Shown piece after piece: positions 39,890-52,074 of a stretch of DNA of 64,000 nt (position 1 is the stretch's first letter; every line of letters begins with the position of its first letter). The stretch lies in contig NC_135811.1 in the NCBI RefSeq assembly GCF_964213995.1, positions 94,922,001 to 94,986,000 on the forward strand, read 5' to 3'. The stretch is from Mustelus asterias (taxonomy: Eukaryota). The position numbers were made by a program, and so were the translations under genes. The notes under the pieces were generated by a model that ran no database searches, was not told the origin of the DNA, and saw only the letters and a program-made list of their open reading frames with translations.

Positions 39890-40640
39890 TCATTTCTGGG
39901 AGGTTACGGTCACTTCAAGGCCAGTGATACCTAGTATGAACTGATCTTGAGGTGATGGTGAACTGCCGTCTTGAACAGCTGCAGCCTATGTGATGTAGGT
40001 ATGTCCATTGTGCTGTTAGGTAGGGAGTTTCAAGATTCAACAGTGAAGGAATGGTGATATATTTCCAAGCTTTGGAGGTTTGGAGGGAACTTTCAGCTGG
40101 TGGTGTTAGAATCATAGAATCCTTACAGTACAGAAGGAAGCCATTTGGCCCATCGAGTCTGTACTGACCACTATCCCACCTATTCCCATAGCTCCACATT
40201 TACCCTGCTAATCCCCCTGACACTAGGTTCAATTTAACATGGCCAATCAACCTAACCCGCACATCTTTGGACTGTGGGAGGAAACCGGAGCACCCGGAGG
40301 AAACCCACGCAGATATAGGGAGAAAGTGCAAACTCCGCACAGACAGTGACCCGAGGACGGAATTGAACCTGGGCCCCTGGCGCTGTGAGGCAGCAGTGCT
40401 AGCCACCGTGCCGCCCAGTGTTCCCATGCGTCTGCTGCCCTTATCCTTCTATGTGGTACAGATTGCAGACTTGGAAGGTGCTGTAGAAGGAGCCTTGGCG
40501 AGTTGCTGCAGCGCATCTTGCATTTGGCGCACACTGCTACCACTGTGCATTGATGGTTGAGGGAATGTACGAGGTGCCGATCAAACGGACTATTTTTTCG
40601 TGGATGATGTCAACTTTTTGAATGTTGTTGCAGCAGGTGC
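39890..40640 (-). mobile_element. CR1/L2-clade LINE fragment with nested V-SINE (40107-40417, -)
   Basis: Degraded copy of the 12548 family split by a SINE. Confidence 0.75.
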
Positions 40641-42034
40641 AGACTATATTTTGAATGGTCCTATCACATAATAAGCTGATCTTTCTCTTCACCCTACCGG
40701 TTACTGCAACACTACGTTCTGCACCCTATCCGTAACGTTTTCCCTATGTACTCTATCAATGGTATGCTTTGTTTGTATGGTGCGGAAGAAACAATACTTT
40801 TCACTGTAACCCAATACATGTGACAATAGTAAATCAATTCAATATCACAATTCTAACTTGTGCCTTTGTAGATGTTGGACAGGCTTTGGAGAGTCCGGAA
40901 GTGAGTTAATCATGGTTGCGTATTATAGTTAGGACTGCAATGTTTTCAGTGAGTGCGGTGAGCATGTAATTGTAAACTGGAAACTTTCGACAACTGTATG
41001 TGCATAAACCTAACAGAAATGAGGGGGTGTGGGGAGGGGGGGAGGGGGGAAGACTATTCATACATGGCAATTGCAATTGTGTTTATGGCAGTAACTTTCA
41101 AAACACTAATTGCACCCATACCCCATGTGGGAAATTGCCATGACTCAGATTTGAACCTCTGCTTCCAACCAGGCTACTCGTTAGTGCTGTTGACACAGTT
41201 GTGAAAAGAATAAACACTAACGTACATGCCTGTGTCATCACCTTTCAAAACAAGTAGGTTTCAAAATTCGCCTGGCGGGGAGCTAACAATTGCGATTAGT
41301 TTACATCATTTAAGGTGAAATGTAATTGCGATTGCAGCTGGAATAATTCATATTCTGTGCTTTTGAGATATTTCCCTGAAGGATGATTGTCCCCCCCTCC
41401 CGTGGGACCAAGCTAATGCGATCATGCCAAGAAAACTAACAGTTGAGCTGACTCATTATTAAGCCGGTGTAGGCACTGCCTGCAGGTAGTAGGTTATCAA
41501 CATTCTTGTTTGCATTGTAGTTACTGTTGGAAATATTGGCCTCGATATTAATCCCTCCACTTGCTTGCAGAAATAGGTGACGGTAACTCTAGTGGGACAT
41601 CTGTTAATGACACTCTCTGCTAGGTTACAGTAATGCTGTGCTTCCGATATCCTATGAGATCCTGTTTTTCAGTATCAAAATAGCATGCAAAGAGGTCCCC
41701 CAGCCTGTACCTGCCTATTACCATTTTTAGAGTGCTGGGTTTTGAGGAGACTAAATTTCTGTTAGTTGAGGTTGGAAAATCTCATCAATACATTTAAATT
41801 GGGCTCCCACAGTGTGATTAAAAGCTTAATTTAAATTTTGTAGTTGCTGTATAGAGGTAGGCAGCAGTAAAGGTTGAATTGGTTCACGGACTCCTAAGCG
41901 ACCTGACCTTTTTGCAACCTTGTGGAGTCTGTGAGCCACGTCTATGTTAAATGTTATAGGTCGCACGCCCTTTTTAGTTTCCTCAAAAACCTATTGTTGA
42001 TGTTTTGTTTATACTTGAGTCCCACGCTCCTGAT

Positions 42035-42430
42035 TTACAGGCACCTGTTGCGGAGGGGGCAGGGAAGGAGGAGGACCTCCTCGTGAACCTGCTCCTGGGC
42101 CTGGCAAGGTGTGCCATCTACAGGTCCAGGCAGCGGGCGACCGAGGGGGTCATCTGACCCGACTGTCTGCCCCTCTACTGCGGCTATATTCATGACCGGG
42201 TGTCCCTGGAGAGGGAGCATGCGGTGTCCGAGGGCAGTGTTAATGCCTTCCATGCCCACGGGGCACTGCAGGGACTGGGGTGTATCATTGACCCCTTTAA
42301 TCACATTTTAATTTGATGTTTAAGTTTCCTTTGCACTTGGTCTTTTGTTCTGGGCGGTTCCCCTCCTTTTTGGGAGCTGCCCCTTTTAATTTATCCCCTC
42401 GTTAATTTGATTTAGTTTATTTGGTTGGCC
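42035..42430 (+). mobile_element. Tx1/L1-clade LINE 3' fragment
   Basis: Reads EDLLVNLLLGLARCAIYRSR..RVSLEREHAVS, resembling a Tx1 ORF2 C-terminus; T-rich 3' UTR. Confidence 0.6.
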
Positions 42431-44472
42431 AAAAAGATTGGTGGGGGGCAGTGAAAGGGATTGGTTACTAGCTGTAAAAGTTAAGTGCCTTTTTAACAGC
42501 ACTCCTTGTGGGGCCTGGAAGAGGAGTGCGCCTCCTATCCATTTTCCCTAAGCTGATTACAATCTCTTTCTCTATCCTGCCGCAATGGCCAACCAGCCCC
42601 TCCTTCCACAGCTAGTCCTAATGGCTTCCCTCTCAGTGCTCCAATCAGGTCCAGACCTCCCTGCAAACAACACCCCCCCCCCCCCCCCACCCCACCACCC
42701 CACCTATCCCACAATTACCGGGAATCAGCCCCCAGGGACTCATTTGTAGACTCCTGATGCTGATTTTCCTGCCGTTTTACTGGCGACCGCATCAAAACAT
42801 ACAAGATTCTGAAGGGGCTTGATAGGGTGGATGCTGAGAGATTGTTTCTGCTAGTTGGGGAACTGAAAAGACAGAATAAGTGGCCGAACATTTTGGACTC
42901 GGAATAAGCAGAAATTACTTTAGTCAAATGGTTGTGAATCTTTGAATTCTCAATCCCAGAGAGTTGCAGAAGTTTTACCATTGACTACGTTTACGAATGA
43001 GTTTTTTTTTGTCTCAAGGGGTATGGGGAGTGAGCGGGAAAGTGGAGTTGAAATGGAAATCAACCATGATCGTATTGAATGGCGGAGCAGACTCAATGGC
43101 AATAGGGGGTTAGATTTTTCGGCCCTGCTCACCCCAAAGCTGGAAAATCCCGCTAGAGGTCAACGGAACTTTGCATGGTCCGTGTCCCGCCCGCTATGAT
43201 TCCCGTGGCGGGTGGGACAGGAAAATTCTGCCCTTGGTCTACTCCCACTCAATGTGTTTTTATGCATGGCAGAAAATGGAGGAAAAAATAATAATGGCTT
43301 CCTGCTAGTAATAGGACCTCCGGGTCCTGCCCTTGCCAGGTGCCTCAGCCATTCCTGGCTTCTTCATAGCTTCCCCGTAAATAAACGGGTCATTGTTTGC
43401 TTTCTAAATGGTGTCAAGACCCTCAGATACGGAGAAAAAAGACACATCCATTATAGAAACTAGAAGCGGGAGTAGGCCCTTCGAGCCTGCTCCGCCATTC
43501 ATTTTGAAATTCAATATCGTGGTTCCTCCCTTCTCCCCCATATCTCTTGATGCCTTTCGCCCCAAGAGCTATATCCAAAGGCCTGGGGGATTTTTCATGT
43601 GAGCCAATCAGCAGCAAATGCAGGAAAGAAGCAGTCTGTCAATGGAGGAACAGGTGAGAGGTCATGGTGCATTCTCTGCATTTGGCCGTGTGACCTCTCT
43701 GTCCCTCACCCTCCCGTGCGGACACCAACTCCCTCAAGTAGAACAGGGATTAAGATGGTGCACCACCATCACCACCACCATCTTCTGAAGGGCAATTAGG
43801 GATGGGCAATGAATGCTGGCCTAGCCAATGAGGCCCACATCCCCTGGATGTATAAAAAAGACCTTATAACTGTACAGTTGCCTGGTTACCTGAAGGAAAA
43901 ATAACAGCCCTTAAAGGGCAGCCAAGACTATACAATGGATGTTAGCTGCATTTAAAATTATGCCAGTTTTCTTTTTGACCCATTAGGCAAAAAGATTCTT
44001 TTCAAAGATTGGCCTCTGGAAGGCCTAGCATGTGAAGTGAGTCGATAGCGTAGTGGTAATGTTACTGGATTAGTAATCCACTGGTCCAGATTAATCTCTT
44101 GGTCTAGCCCAGACCTACAGCAATGTGGTTGACTCTGAACTATCCTCTGAAATGGCCCAGCAAGCTACTCAGTTCAAGGGCAATTAAAGATGGACAACAA
44201 ATGCTGGCCTTGTCATTGACATTACACATTGGCCATATTACAAGGAGAAGGCCCCATTAGACCAAAATTACATTCCTATTTGACCCCTCCATCAATGCTT
44301 GTTGTTAACAGTTGGTACTCAAGTTAATTGCATGAGGTGCAATCCTGATTTTTGATCTTAATGAGGCTTGAATACAGCAGGTGCATCCAACCAGAATCAT
44401 AATACACTGAGAGTATACTACATTGAATAAGTTTCAGTACTTCTCCTTCCAAAACATGGGGCTCTGGCACCT

Positions 44473-45010
44473 TGATTTGATTTATTATTATCACATGTAT
44501 TAACATACAGTGAAAAATATTGTTTCTTGCATACTATACAGACAAAGCATACCATTCATAGAGAAGGAAACGAGAGAGTGCAGAATGCAGTGTTACAGTC
44601 ATAGCTAGGATGTAGAGAAAGATCAACTTAATGCGAGGTAGGTCCATTCAAAAGTCTGATGGCAGCAGGGAAGAAGCTGTTCTTGAGTCGGTTGGTACGT
44701 GACCTCAGATTTTTGTATCTTTTTCCCGACGGAAGAAGGTGGAAGAGAGAATGTCCGGGGTGCGTGGGGTCCTTAATTATGCTGGCTGCGCTGCCGAGGC
44801 AGCGGGAAGTGGAGACAGAGTCAATGGATGGGAGGCTGGTTTGAGTGATGGATTGGGCTACATTCATGACCTTTTGTAGTTTCTTGTGGTCTTGGGCAGA
44901 GCAGGAGCCATACCAAGCTGTGATACAACCAGACAAAATGCTTTCTATGGTGCATCTGTAAACGTTGGTGAGAGTCATAGCTGACATGCCAAATTTCCTT
45001 AGTCTTCTAA
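44473..45010 (-). mobile_element. Rex1/Babar-clade LINE 3' fragment
   Basis: YRCTIESILSGCITAWYG..SFFPAAIRLLN; tail ending AATAAATCAAATCAA; tail fragments also at 35885, 40650 and 59155. Confidence 0.85.
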
Positions 45011-45195
45011 ATAATAAATAAACCTTAAAAAAGACCTATAACCAAAATCACTTGCTCAATACATGACAGATATGAAGAAACTCACAGCTAGTATTTTTCC
45101 AGCAGGACATTACTGCAGACAACTTTACATTTATGGAGTAGATATTTTGGGAAAGAGTTTGCAGTTGAGTACCGCATTAAAACAAGGATGAAAAC

Positions 45196-45341
45196 AGCCC
45201 CAGTGTGTCAGTGAGAGGCTGGGGAGCGGCCCCGGTGAGTCAGTGAGAGGCTGAGCAGCAGCCCCAGTGAGTCAGAGAGAGGCTGAGCAGCAGCCCCAGT
45301 GAGTCAGTGAGTGGCTGAGCAGCAGCCCCAGTGAGTCAGTG
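45196..45341. repeat. 32-bp minisatellite, about 4.5 copies running into the gap
   Basis: Unit CAGCCCCAGTGAGTCAGTGAGAGGCTGAGCAG. Confidence 0.9.
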
Positions 45342-45541
45342 NNNNNNNNNNNNNNNNNNNNNNNNNNNNNNNNNNNNNNNNNNNNNNNNNNNNNNNNNNN
45401 NNNNNNNNNNNNNNNNNNNNNNNNNNNNNNNNNNNNNNNNNNNNNNNNNNNNNNNNNNNNNNNNNNNNNNNNNNNNNNNNNNNNNNNNNNNNNNNNNNNN
45501 NNNNNNNNNNNNNNNNNNNNNNNNNNNNNNNNNNNNNNNNN
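45342..45541. other. Assembly gap (200 N)
   Basis: Run of N. Confidence 1.
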
Positions 45542-46264
45542 CCTTTTTTACCCCTTTTCCCCCCCCCCCCCCCCCCCCCCCTTCTTCTTCTTCCCCCTCC
45601 CCCCCCTCTTTACCCCCCCCAAACCCCCAACGGGGACCCCCCCTCTTTACCCCCCCCCTCTTTACCCCCCCCCTCTTTACCCCCCCCCTACACCCCCCCT
45701 CTTTACCCCCCCCTCTTACCCCCCCCTCTTACCCCCCCCTCTTTACCCCCCCTCTTTACCCCCCCCCTCTTTACCCCCCCCTCTTTACCCCCCCCTCTTT
45801 ACCCCCCCCCTCTTTACCCCCCCCTCTTTACCCCCCCCTCTTTACCCCCCCCTCTTTACCCCCCCCCTCTTTACCCCCCCCTCTTTACCCCCCCCTCTTT
45901 ACCCCCCCCTCTTTACCCCCCCCTCTTTACCCCCCCCCTCTTTACCCCCCCCTCTTTACCCCCCCCCTCTTTACCCCCCCCTCTTTACCCCCCCTCTTTA
46001 CCCCCCCCTCTTTACCCCCCCCCTCTTTACCCCCCCCTTCTTTACCCCCCCCTCTTTACCCCCCCCTCTTTACCCCCCCCTCTTTACCCCCCCCCTCTTT
46101 ACCCCCCCCCCTCTTTACCCCCCCCTCTTTACCCCCCCCTCTTTACCCCCCCCTCTTTACCCCCCCCTCTTTACCCCCCCCTCTTTTACCCCCCCCTTCT
46201 TTACCCCCCCCCCTCTTTACCCCCCCCCCCTCTTTACCCCCCCCCCTCTTTACCCCCCCTCTTT
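45542..46264. repeat. C-rich satellite (CTCTTTA + C6-10)n
   Basis: Direct tandem repetition of an approximately 13-14-bp unit. Confidence 0.95.
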
Positions 46265-47672
46265 GTGGTTCCGTTATTCAAGAAAGGGAGAAGAGATAGC
46301 CCGGGAAATTATAGACCAGTGAGTCTAACCTCAGTGGTTGGTAAGTTGATGGAGAAGATCCTAAGAGGCAAGATTTATGAACATCTGGAGAGGAATAGTA
46401 TGATCAGAAATAGCCAGCACGGCTTTGACCAAGGCAGATCATGCCTTACAAGCCTAATTGAATTTTTTTGAAGATGTAACTAGACACATAGGCGAGGGAC
46501 GAGCGGTAGATGTAGTTTATATGGATTTCAGCAAGGTGTTTGATAAGGTGCCCCATGCAAGGCTTATTGAGAAAGTGAAGGGGCATGGGATACAAGGGGA
46601 CATTGCCTTGTGGATTCAGAACTGGCTTACCCACAGAAGGCAAAGAGTGGTTGTCGGTGGGTCTTTTTCAGCATGGAGGTCGGTCACCAGTGGAGTGCCC
46701 CAGGGATCTGTTCTGGGACCCTTGCTCTTTGTGATTTTTATAAATGACCTGGATGAGGAAGTGGAAGGATGGGTTGGCAAGTTTGCTGATGACACAAAGG
46801 TTGGTGGTGTTGTGGATAGTGTAGAGGGATGTCAGCAGTTGCAATGAGACAGATAAGATGCAAGACTGGGCGGAGAAGTGGCAGATGGACTTCAACCCAC
46901 ATAAGTGTGTGGTGGTTCATTTTGGCAGGTCGAATCGGATGAAAGAATATAATATTAAGGTAAGACGCTTGGCAGTGTGGAAGATCAGAAGGATCTTGGG
47001 GTCCGGGTTCATAGGACACCCAAAGCAGCGTCGCAGGTAGAGGCTGTGGTTAAGAAGGTGTATGGAATACTGGCCTTCAATAGAGGAATTGAGTTGAGAA
47101 ATCGGGAGATAATGCTGCAGCTGTATAGGACCCTGGTCAGACCCCACCTGGAGTACTGTGCCTAGTTCTGGTCGCCTCATTACAGAAAGGATGTGGAAGC
47201 CATAGAAAGGGTGCAGAGGAGATTTACAAGGATGTTGCCTGGATTAGGTGGCATGCCTTATGATGATAGGTTGAGAGAGCTAGGTCTTTTCTCCTTGGAG
47301 AAGCGAAGGATGAGAGGTGACCTGATAGGGGTGTATAAGATGTTGAGAGGTATTGATAGAGTGGATTCTCAGAGGCTTTTACCCAGGGCTGAAATGGTTG
47401 CCACAAGAGGTCACAGGTTTAGGGTGCTGGGGAGTAGGTACAGAGGAGATGTTAGGGGTAAGTTTTTCACTCAGAGGGTGGTGGGTGCGTGGAATCGGCT
47501 GCCGGTAGTGGTGGTGGAGGTGGATTCGATAGGGTCTTTTAAGAGACTTTTGGATAAGTTCATGAAAGTTAGTAAGATAGAGGGTTATAGGTAAGCCTAG
47601 TAGGTAGGGACATGTTTGGCGCAACTTGTGGGCCGAAGGGCCTGTTTGTGCTGTAGCTTTTCTATATTCTAT
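46265..47672 (+). mobile_element. 5'-truncated CR1 LINE with stops and frameshifts
   Basis: [38 protein letters not shown]1 3' UTR. Confidence 0.93.
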
Positions 47673-47924
47673 GTTTACCCCTCTCTTTACCCCCCTGCCC
47701 TTTGCTCCACTCTCTTTGCCTCCCCTTTCCCATTCTCTTTGCCCCTTTTTTATTTCCTCTCTCTTTGTTTCCACCTCTATGTCCCTTCCCCTCTCCTCCC
47801 CCTCCTCTCTCCTCCTTTTCTCCCTCCTTCCTTCCCTTTCTTCACAATGTCCTTTCCCCTTTTCCTAGCCATTACCCCACTTTTCTTTCCACCTTCCCCG
47901 TCCCTTTGGGTTCTCGAAGGGTTC

Positions 47925-48060
47925 TAGCCCCTTGTTGTGCTATCACAGGAGGGTCTTAGACTGTGACCTTTGTCCATTAAGCCTTTCTGAAAGGCTGCCC
48001 CAACTTTTCGTCCATCCCTCAGTACCTAGTCCTGGACTTGAATGTGTCAGTCTGCAGATC
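47925..48060 (-). mobile_element. Tx1-like LINE 3' fragment
   Basis: Same-orientation similarity to 51412-51535. Confidence 0.5.
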
Positions 48061-50649
48061 AGAGTGAAAAATCATATCTTAGGATGCCATTTTCATTCTC
48101 CAGTACCAGTGAAACACAGCATGTATTTTTTGTGCATGAATATTTACATGAATGCATCTTGTTTTGTTATTTTGGAAAAAAATCCCTTGTTGAACACTGG
48201 TCCCTGGGAGGAATATTGCTTTTAAGCAGTTTCCAAGAAATACACAAAAGTAGAGTGGAATACGCAAAAAATGAGTGGAAAATGCTGGTCCTACTTTTAT
48301 GAATAAATAAATGATCTGCAAGTATTGGACTAAGCCACGATGCACCGTGGGGGATTGCATGTGCCACTCCACTTTAATATATTAAAGGAAATCAAAATAC
48401 ATACAAAATGGGGAATTGCTTTGGGAATTGAGTATAAAGCCTAACTCCAGAATACAGCAAATACAAAATATCTGTCAGCAACTATAGGGAAATGATAGGT
48501 TAATGTTTCAGGTAAGGATCTTGCAAGAGTGTTGAAATGGCTGACATTGCAAGGCAATTCTCACAGCACATGATTGTTGAACTGGTCACACTGTACATAT
48601 GTGCATTATTGCACAACAACAGTATAAACTCATGTACCATTTGAACAAAATACAAGATCAGTGTGAGAACAAGGCACAAGTTGTTCTAGTTTGACGATCT
48701 CATGACACGCAAATTATTTGGGTGAAGCATTTGGCTGGAGAGAAACTGAACACGGATTAATTTACTGCCGTGCGGTGGGGGGTCGGGGGGTGGGGGGGGG
48801 GCGGGTAGTGGGAAATCGCCCAGTTAATTAAGTCCATCTAAGTGCTTCTGAAAGAGAGAGATCGTTATTCTAGTGCAGATGTCCAGGGTTGTAGAGATAC
48901 CGGAAATAACGTTAACTCGATTTCGTCTGCCAGATCTCAAGCTGATTGTTCAATTTGTACGTCAGAGTTTGGGACATCTGTGAAGGGCTGGGAGGAGATC
49001 GAACAGACCAAACTTACCATGAAAAGCCGACAAATGCTGGAAATACTCAGATCTGACAGCATCTGTGGAGAGCCAAACTGAGTTAACAATTCAGATCAGT
49101 GATTTTGTTTCTGTCTCCACAGATGCCACCTGACTCGCTGACTTTCTCCAGCATTTTCTGTATTTAATTCAGATTTCCAGCATCCATAGTATTTTCTGAC
49201 AGCATACAGGAAAGAATTAAGTGTATAATTCTGCACTTGCTTTTTATTAGCTGACTTCCGTACCAGTATTTTGGTTCACTTGGCCGTTAAAAATCTGTGT
49301 TTAAAGTATAAATAGTAACATTTTATAGCTTTAGAAATAAATTTTTATTTATTCAGGTGGGTTTTTACGGTTTCAGGATGAGCAAGGCCATAAAATACCG
49401 CCCAAGCTATAAAAACTTTTAATCTTGCACTCATCAGGCTAGCTGGCAGAAAATTACTGAAATGTTTAAATGTTTATTTATTTGTGTCACAAGTAGGCTT
49501 ACATTAACACTGCAATGAAGTTACTGTGAAAATCCCCAGTCACCACACTTCGGCACCGGTCCGGGTACATGGAGGGAAAATTTAGCATTGCCAATGCACC
49601 TGACCAGCATGTCTTTCAGATTTTGGGGGGGAGGGGGGGTGCATTTTGAACTGCCCTAGCCTGTTACTCCGCTGCAGGGGGAGGTCTGATGGGGTCTTTG
49701 GATTTCTCTTTTGCCTGACCTTGAAGTGGCCGCCCAGGACTCCCATGCAAAATAAATGGGAAGCTGGTAAAAAGACAACCTGAAGTTCTACACTAGTCTT
49801 GGTGCCTTGATTGGACATTTCATAGAGAAATGAGCAGACCATGTTAGTCCTGAGTTTCTAAGCAGTCAGCAACCTCACCAGTGGTTCTGAAGGGTCTGCT
49901 CAGAACAGGTTAAGTTTTGTTTCTTTTTTGGATCCCGCAGGCACATTGCCAACATCATGCCCATTTTAGGACTGACTTGGAAAAACTCCCTCATAGTGCC
50001 TTTGTTGGAAGTTTCTCTTTAAAGCATTGTTAACATAGGATCTGTTAGTGCCTTAAGGGTAGGAAGGGAGGCAGGTTGACATTTAGCTCATAGAACATTA
50101 ATAAACCCAGTGCAATGGCAGGGGCTGAGTCCATGTTATGAACTTGTTCTTTTCCACTTTTGGTGATTGGTGGACATGGACCATTTGGTATCAGTTTCCT
50201 CTTGTGGTTTTAATTTTGTTTCTGCTGCGTCATAAACTTTTCCTTCTCCTTTCTTTGTTAGTTTTCTTCTGCAGTTCATGAACTTCTCCAGTGGCTTTTC
50301 ACCCACTCACCCGTTCACGCTCTTTGTAATAAATGCTGGAAGTAATCCGCAGGCCAGCTCATGTCTTCGTAGAGAAACCTTTTCTATCTCACTGATGATC
50401 TCACCACATGTTACCTCACAGATATTCCCTTGTATAAATTTACACATCAGTGAGCACACTAAACCCTCTCCATGATTGGTGCAACTGCAGGTTCTCTTTT
50501 CCCTCCCCTCTTTGCTCTTTTTTTTCCAAAAGATATGCTAGTTGGTAAAAGCACATGATGAAATGTCAAATTTGAACTGTTATGTAAAGTGCAGTACAGT
50601 TCAATTTCTGTCAGTACAGGACAGTACTTGGCACTCGTGAGTTACATAC

Positions 50650-51342
50650 AAATATAGAAAATAGAATTGGCCCCTCGAGGCTGCTCCACCATTCATTTTG
50701 ATCAAGGTTGATCATCAAATTCAATATCCTGCCATTCCCCCCCATATCCCTTGATCTATTTAACCCCAAGAGCTATATCTAATTCCTTCTTGAAATCACA
50801 CAATGTTTTGGCTTCAACTACTTTCTGTGGGAGTGAATTCCACAGATTCACCACCCTCTGGGTGAAGAAACTTCTTCTCACTCAGTTCTAAAAGGTTTAC
50901 ACCTTATCCTCAAACTATGACCTCTATTTCTGAACTCTCCCACCATTGGGGACATTCTTTCTGAATGTACTCTGTCTAATCCTGTTAGAATTTTATAAAT
51001 TTCTATGAGATCCCCTCTCACTCTTCTAGACTCTAATGAATACAATCCTAGCCGACTTAGTCACTCCTCATGTGACCGACTTGCCATCCCAGGAATCAGC
51101 TTGGTGAACCTTTGCAGTGCTCCCTCTATAGCAAGGACACCCTTCCTCAGATAAGGACACCAAAACAGCACACAATACTCCAGGTGTGGCCTCATCAACG
51201 CCCTGTACAATTGCAGCAAAACATCCCTGTTCCTATACTCAAATCCTCTCACTATGAAGACCAACATACCATTTGCCTTCTTTACTGCCTGCTGTACCTG
51301 CGTGCTAACTTTCTGTGACTGATGCACGAGAACACCAAGTTG
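50650..51342 (-). mobile_element. CR1 3' fragment
   Basis: LGVLVHQSQKVS..LYRALMRPHLEYC. Confidence 0.88.
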
Positions 51343-51359
51343 CCTCATTATACTTAATT

Positions 51360-51680
51360 ACAGGTTACATTTGCAATTTACATTTCACATCAAACATACG
51401 GGATAGATCCATTGCTGTGCTATCACAGGAAGGTCTTAGACTGTGGCCTTTTGAGATTTTTCGACAGCTTGACTCAAGCTTTGGTGCATCCCTCAGTACC
51501 TGGACCTGGTCCTTGGAATGTGTCAGTCTGCAACTCTCGGTTGTTGACAGCACTATGTGCTGGACAACCAGCAGGCGTTGGGCAGAGTAGAGAGTGTCTT
51601 TCACCGAGTAGGTGGACCTCCAGCAGCTCTTGTTGTCTGGCTGAGCACGAGTCCCTGGGAACAGCCCATAGAGCATGAAT
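51360..51680 (-). mobile_element. Tx1-like LINE 3' fragment
   Basis: LYGLFPGT..SVKDTLYSAQRLL..CRLTHSK..VLRDAPKL resembles a Tx1 ORF2 C-terminus. Confidence 0.6.
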
Positions 51681-51945
51681 TCCTCCTTCCAGTCTGACCA
51701 AAGTGCCTTTTATTTTTAACCGAAAGTCTATTGAACTGCAGATGACTGAAATGTCAGAACCTCTCTTTTTACTGATGGCAAGTGACCTGTTGTGTATTTT
51801 CCACATTTATTCCAGATTTTTCATGGGTGCAATTTTTTATTTTTATTTTGTTAGTAAGTTTAGTATCTGTGTGTTTAAATGGTAATCAACCTGTTACTCT
51901 GTTCCTGCTGCTTGTGTTTTAATTGCACAGTGCTTTCCATTTCAG

Positions 51946-52074
51946 TTTGAGACCTCGGTGGTATCATGTACTCCAGCAGAGTTGAAAATCGCTGTCAATG
52001 GGAAAAAGGAAACTCTGAAAGGTTTTGATGTGATCCTTGAGGACACCTTACTGTTTCCAGAGGGAGGTGGACAG
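51946..52074 (+). CDS. AARSD1: AARSD1 exon 2 (FETSVVSCTPAELKIAVNGKKETLKGFDVILEDTLLFPEGGGQ)
   Basis: tttcAG acceptor, GTCAGA donor, phase 0/0. Confidence 0.94.

Noticed and set aside
43618-43653. Phase-0 mini-exon MQERSSLSMEEQ|GTGAGA after a CCAAT box, as AARSD1 exon 1
   Set aside because: No similarity to the expected MAFxCQRD N-terminus; such a pattern arises easily by chance
45196-45341. CRISPR-like regular repeats
   Set aside because: Head-to-tail tandem units without unique spacers, in eukaryotic DNA
45331-46322. 322/327-aa proline-rich ORFs
   Set aside because: They span the N gap and simply translate the C-rich satellite
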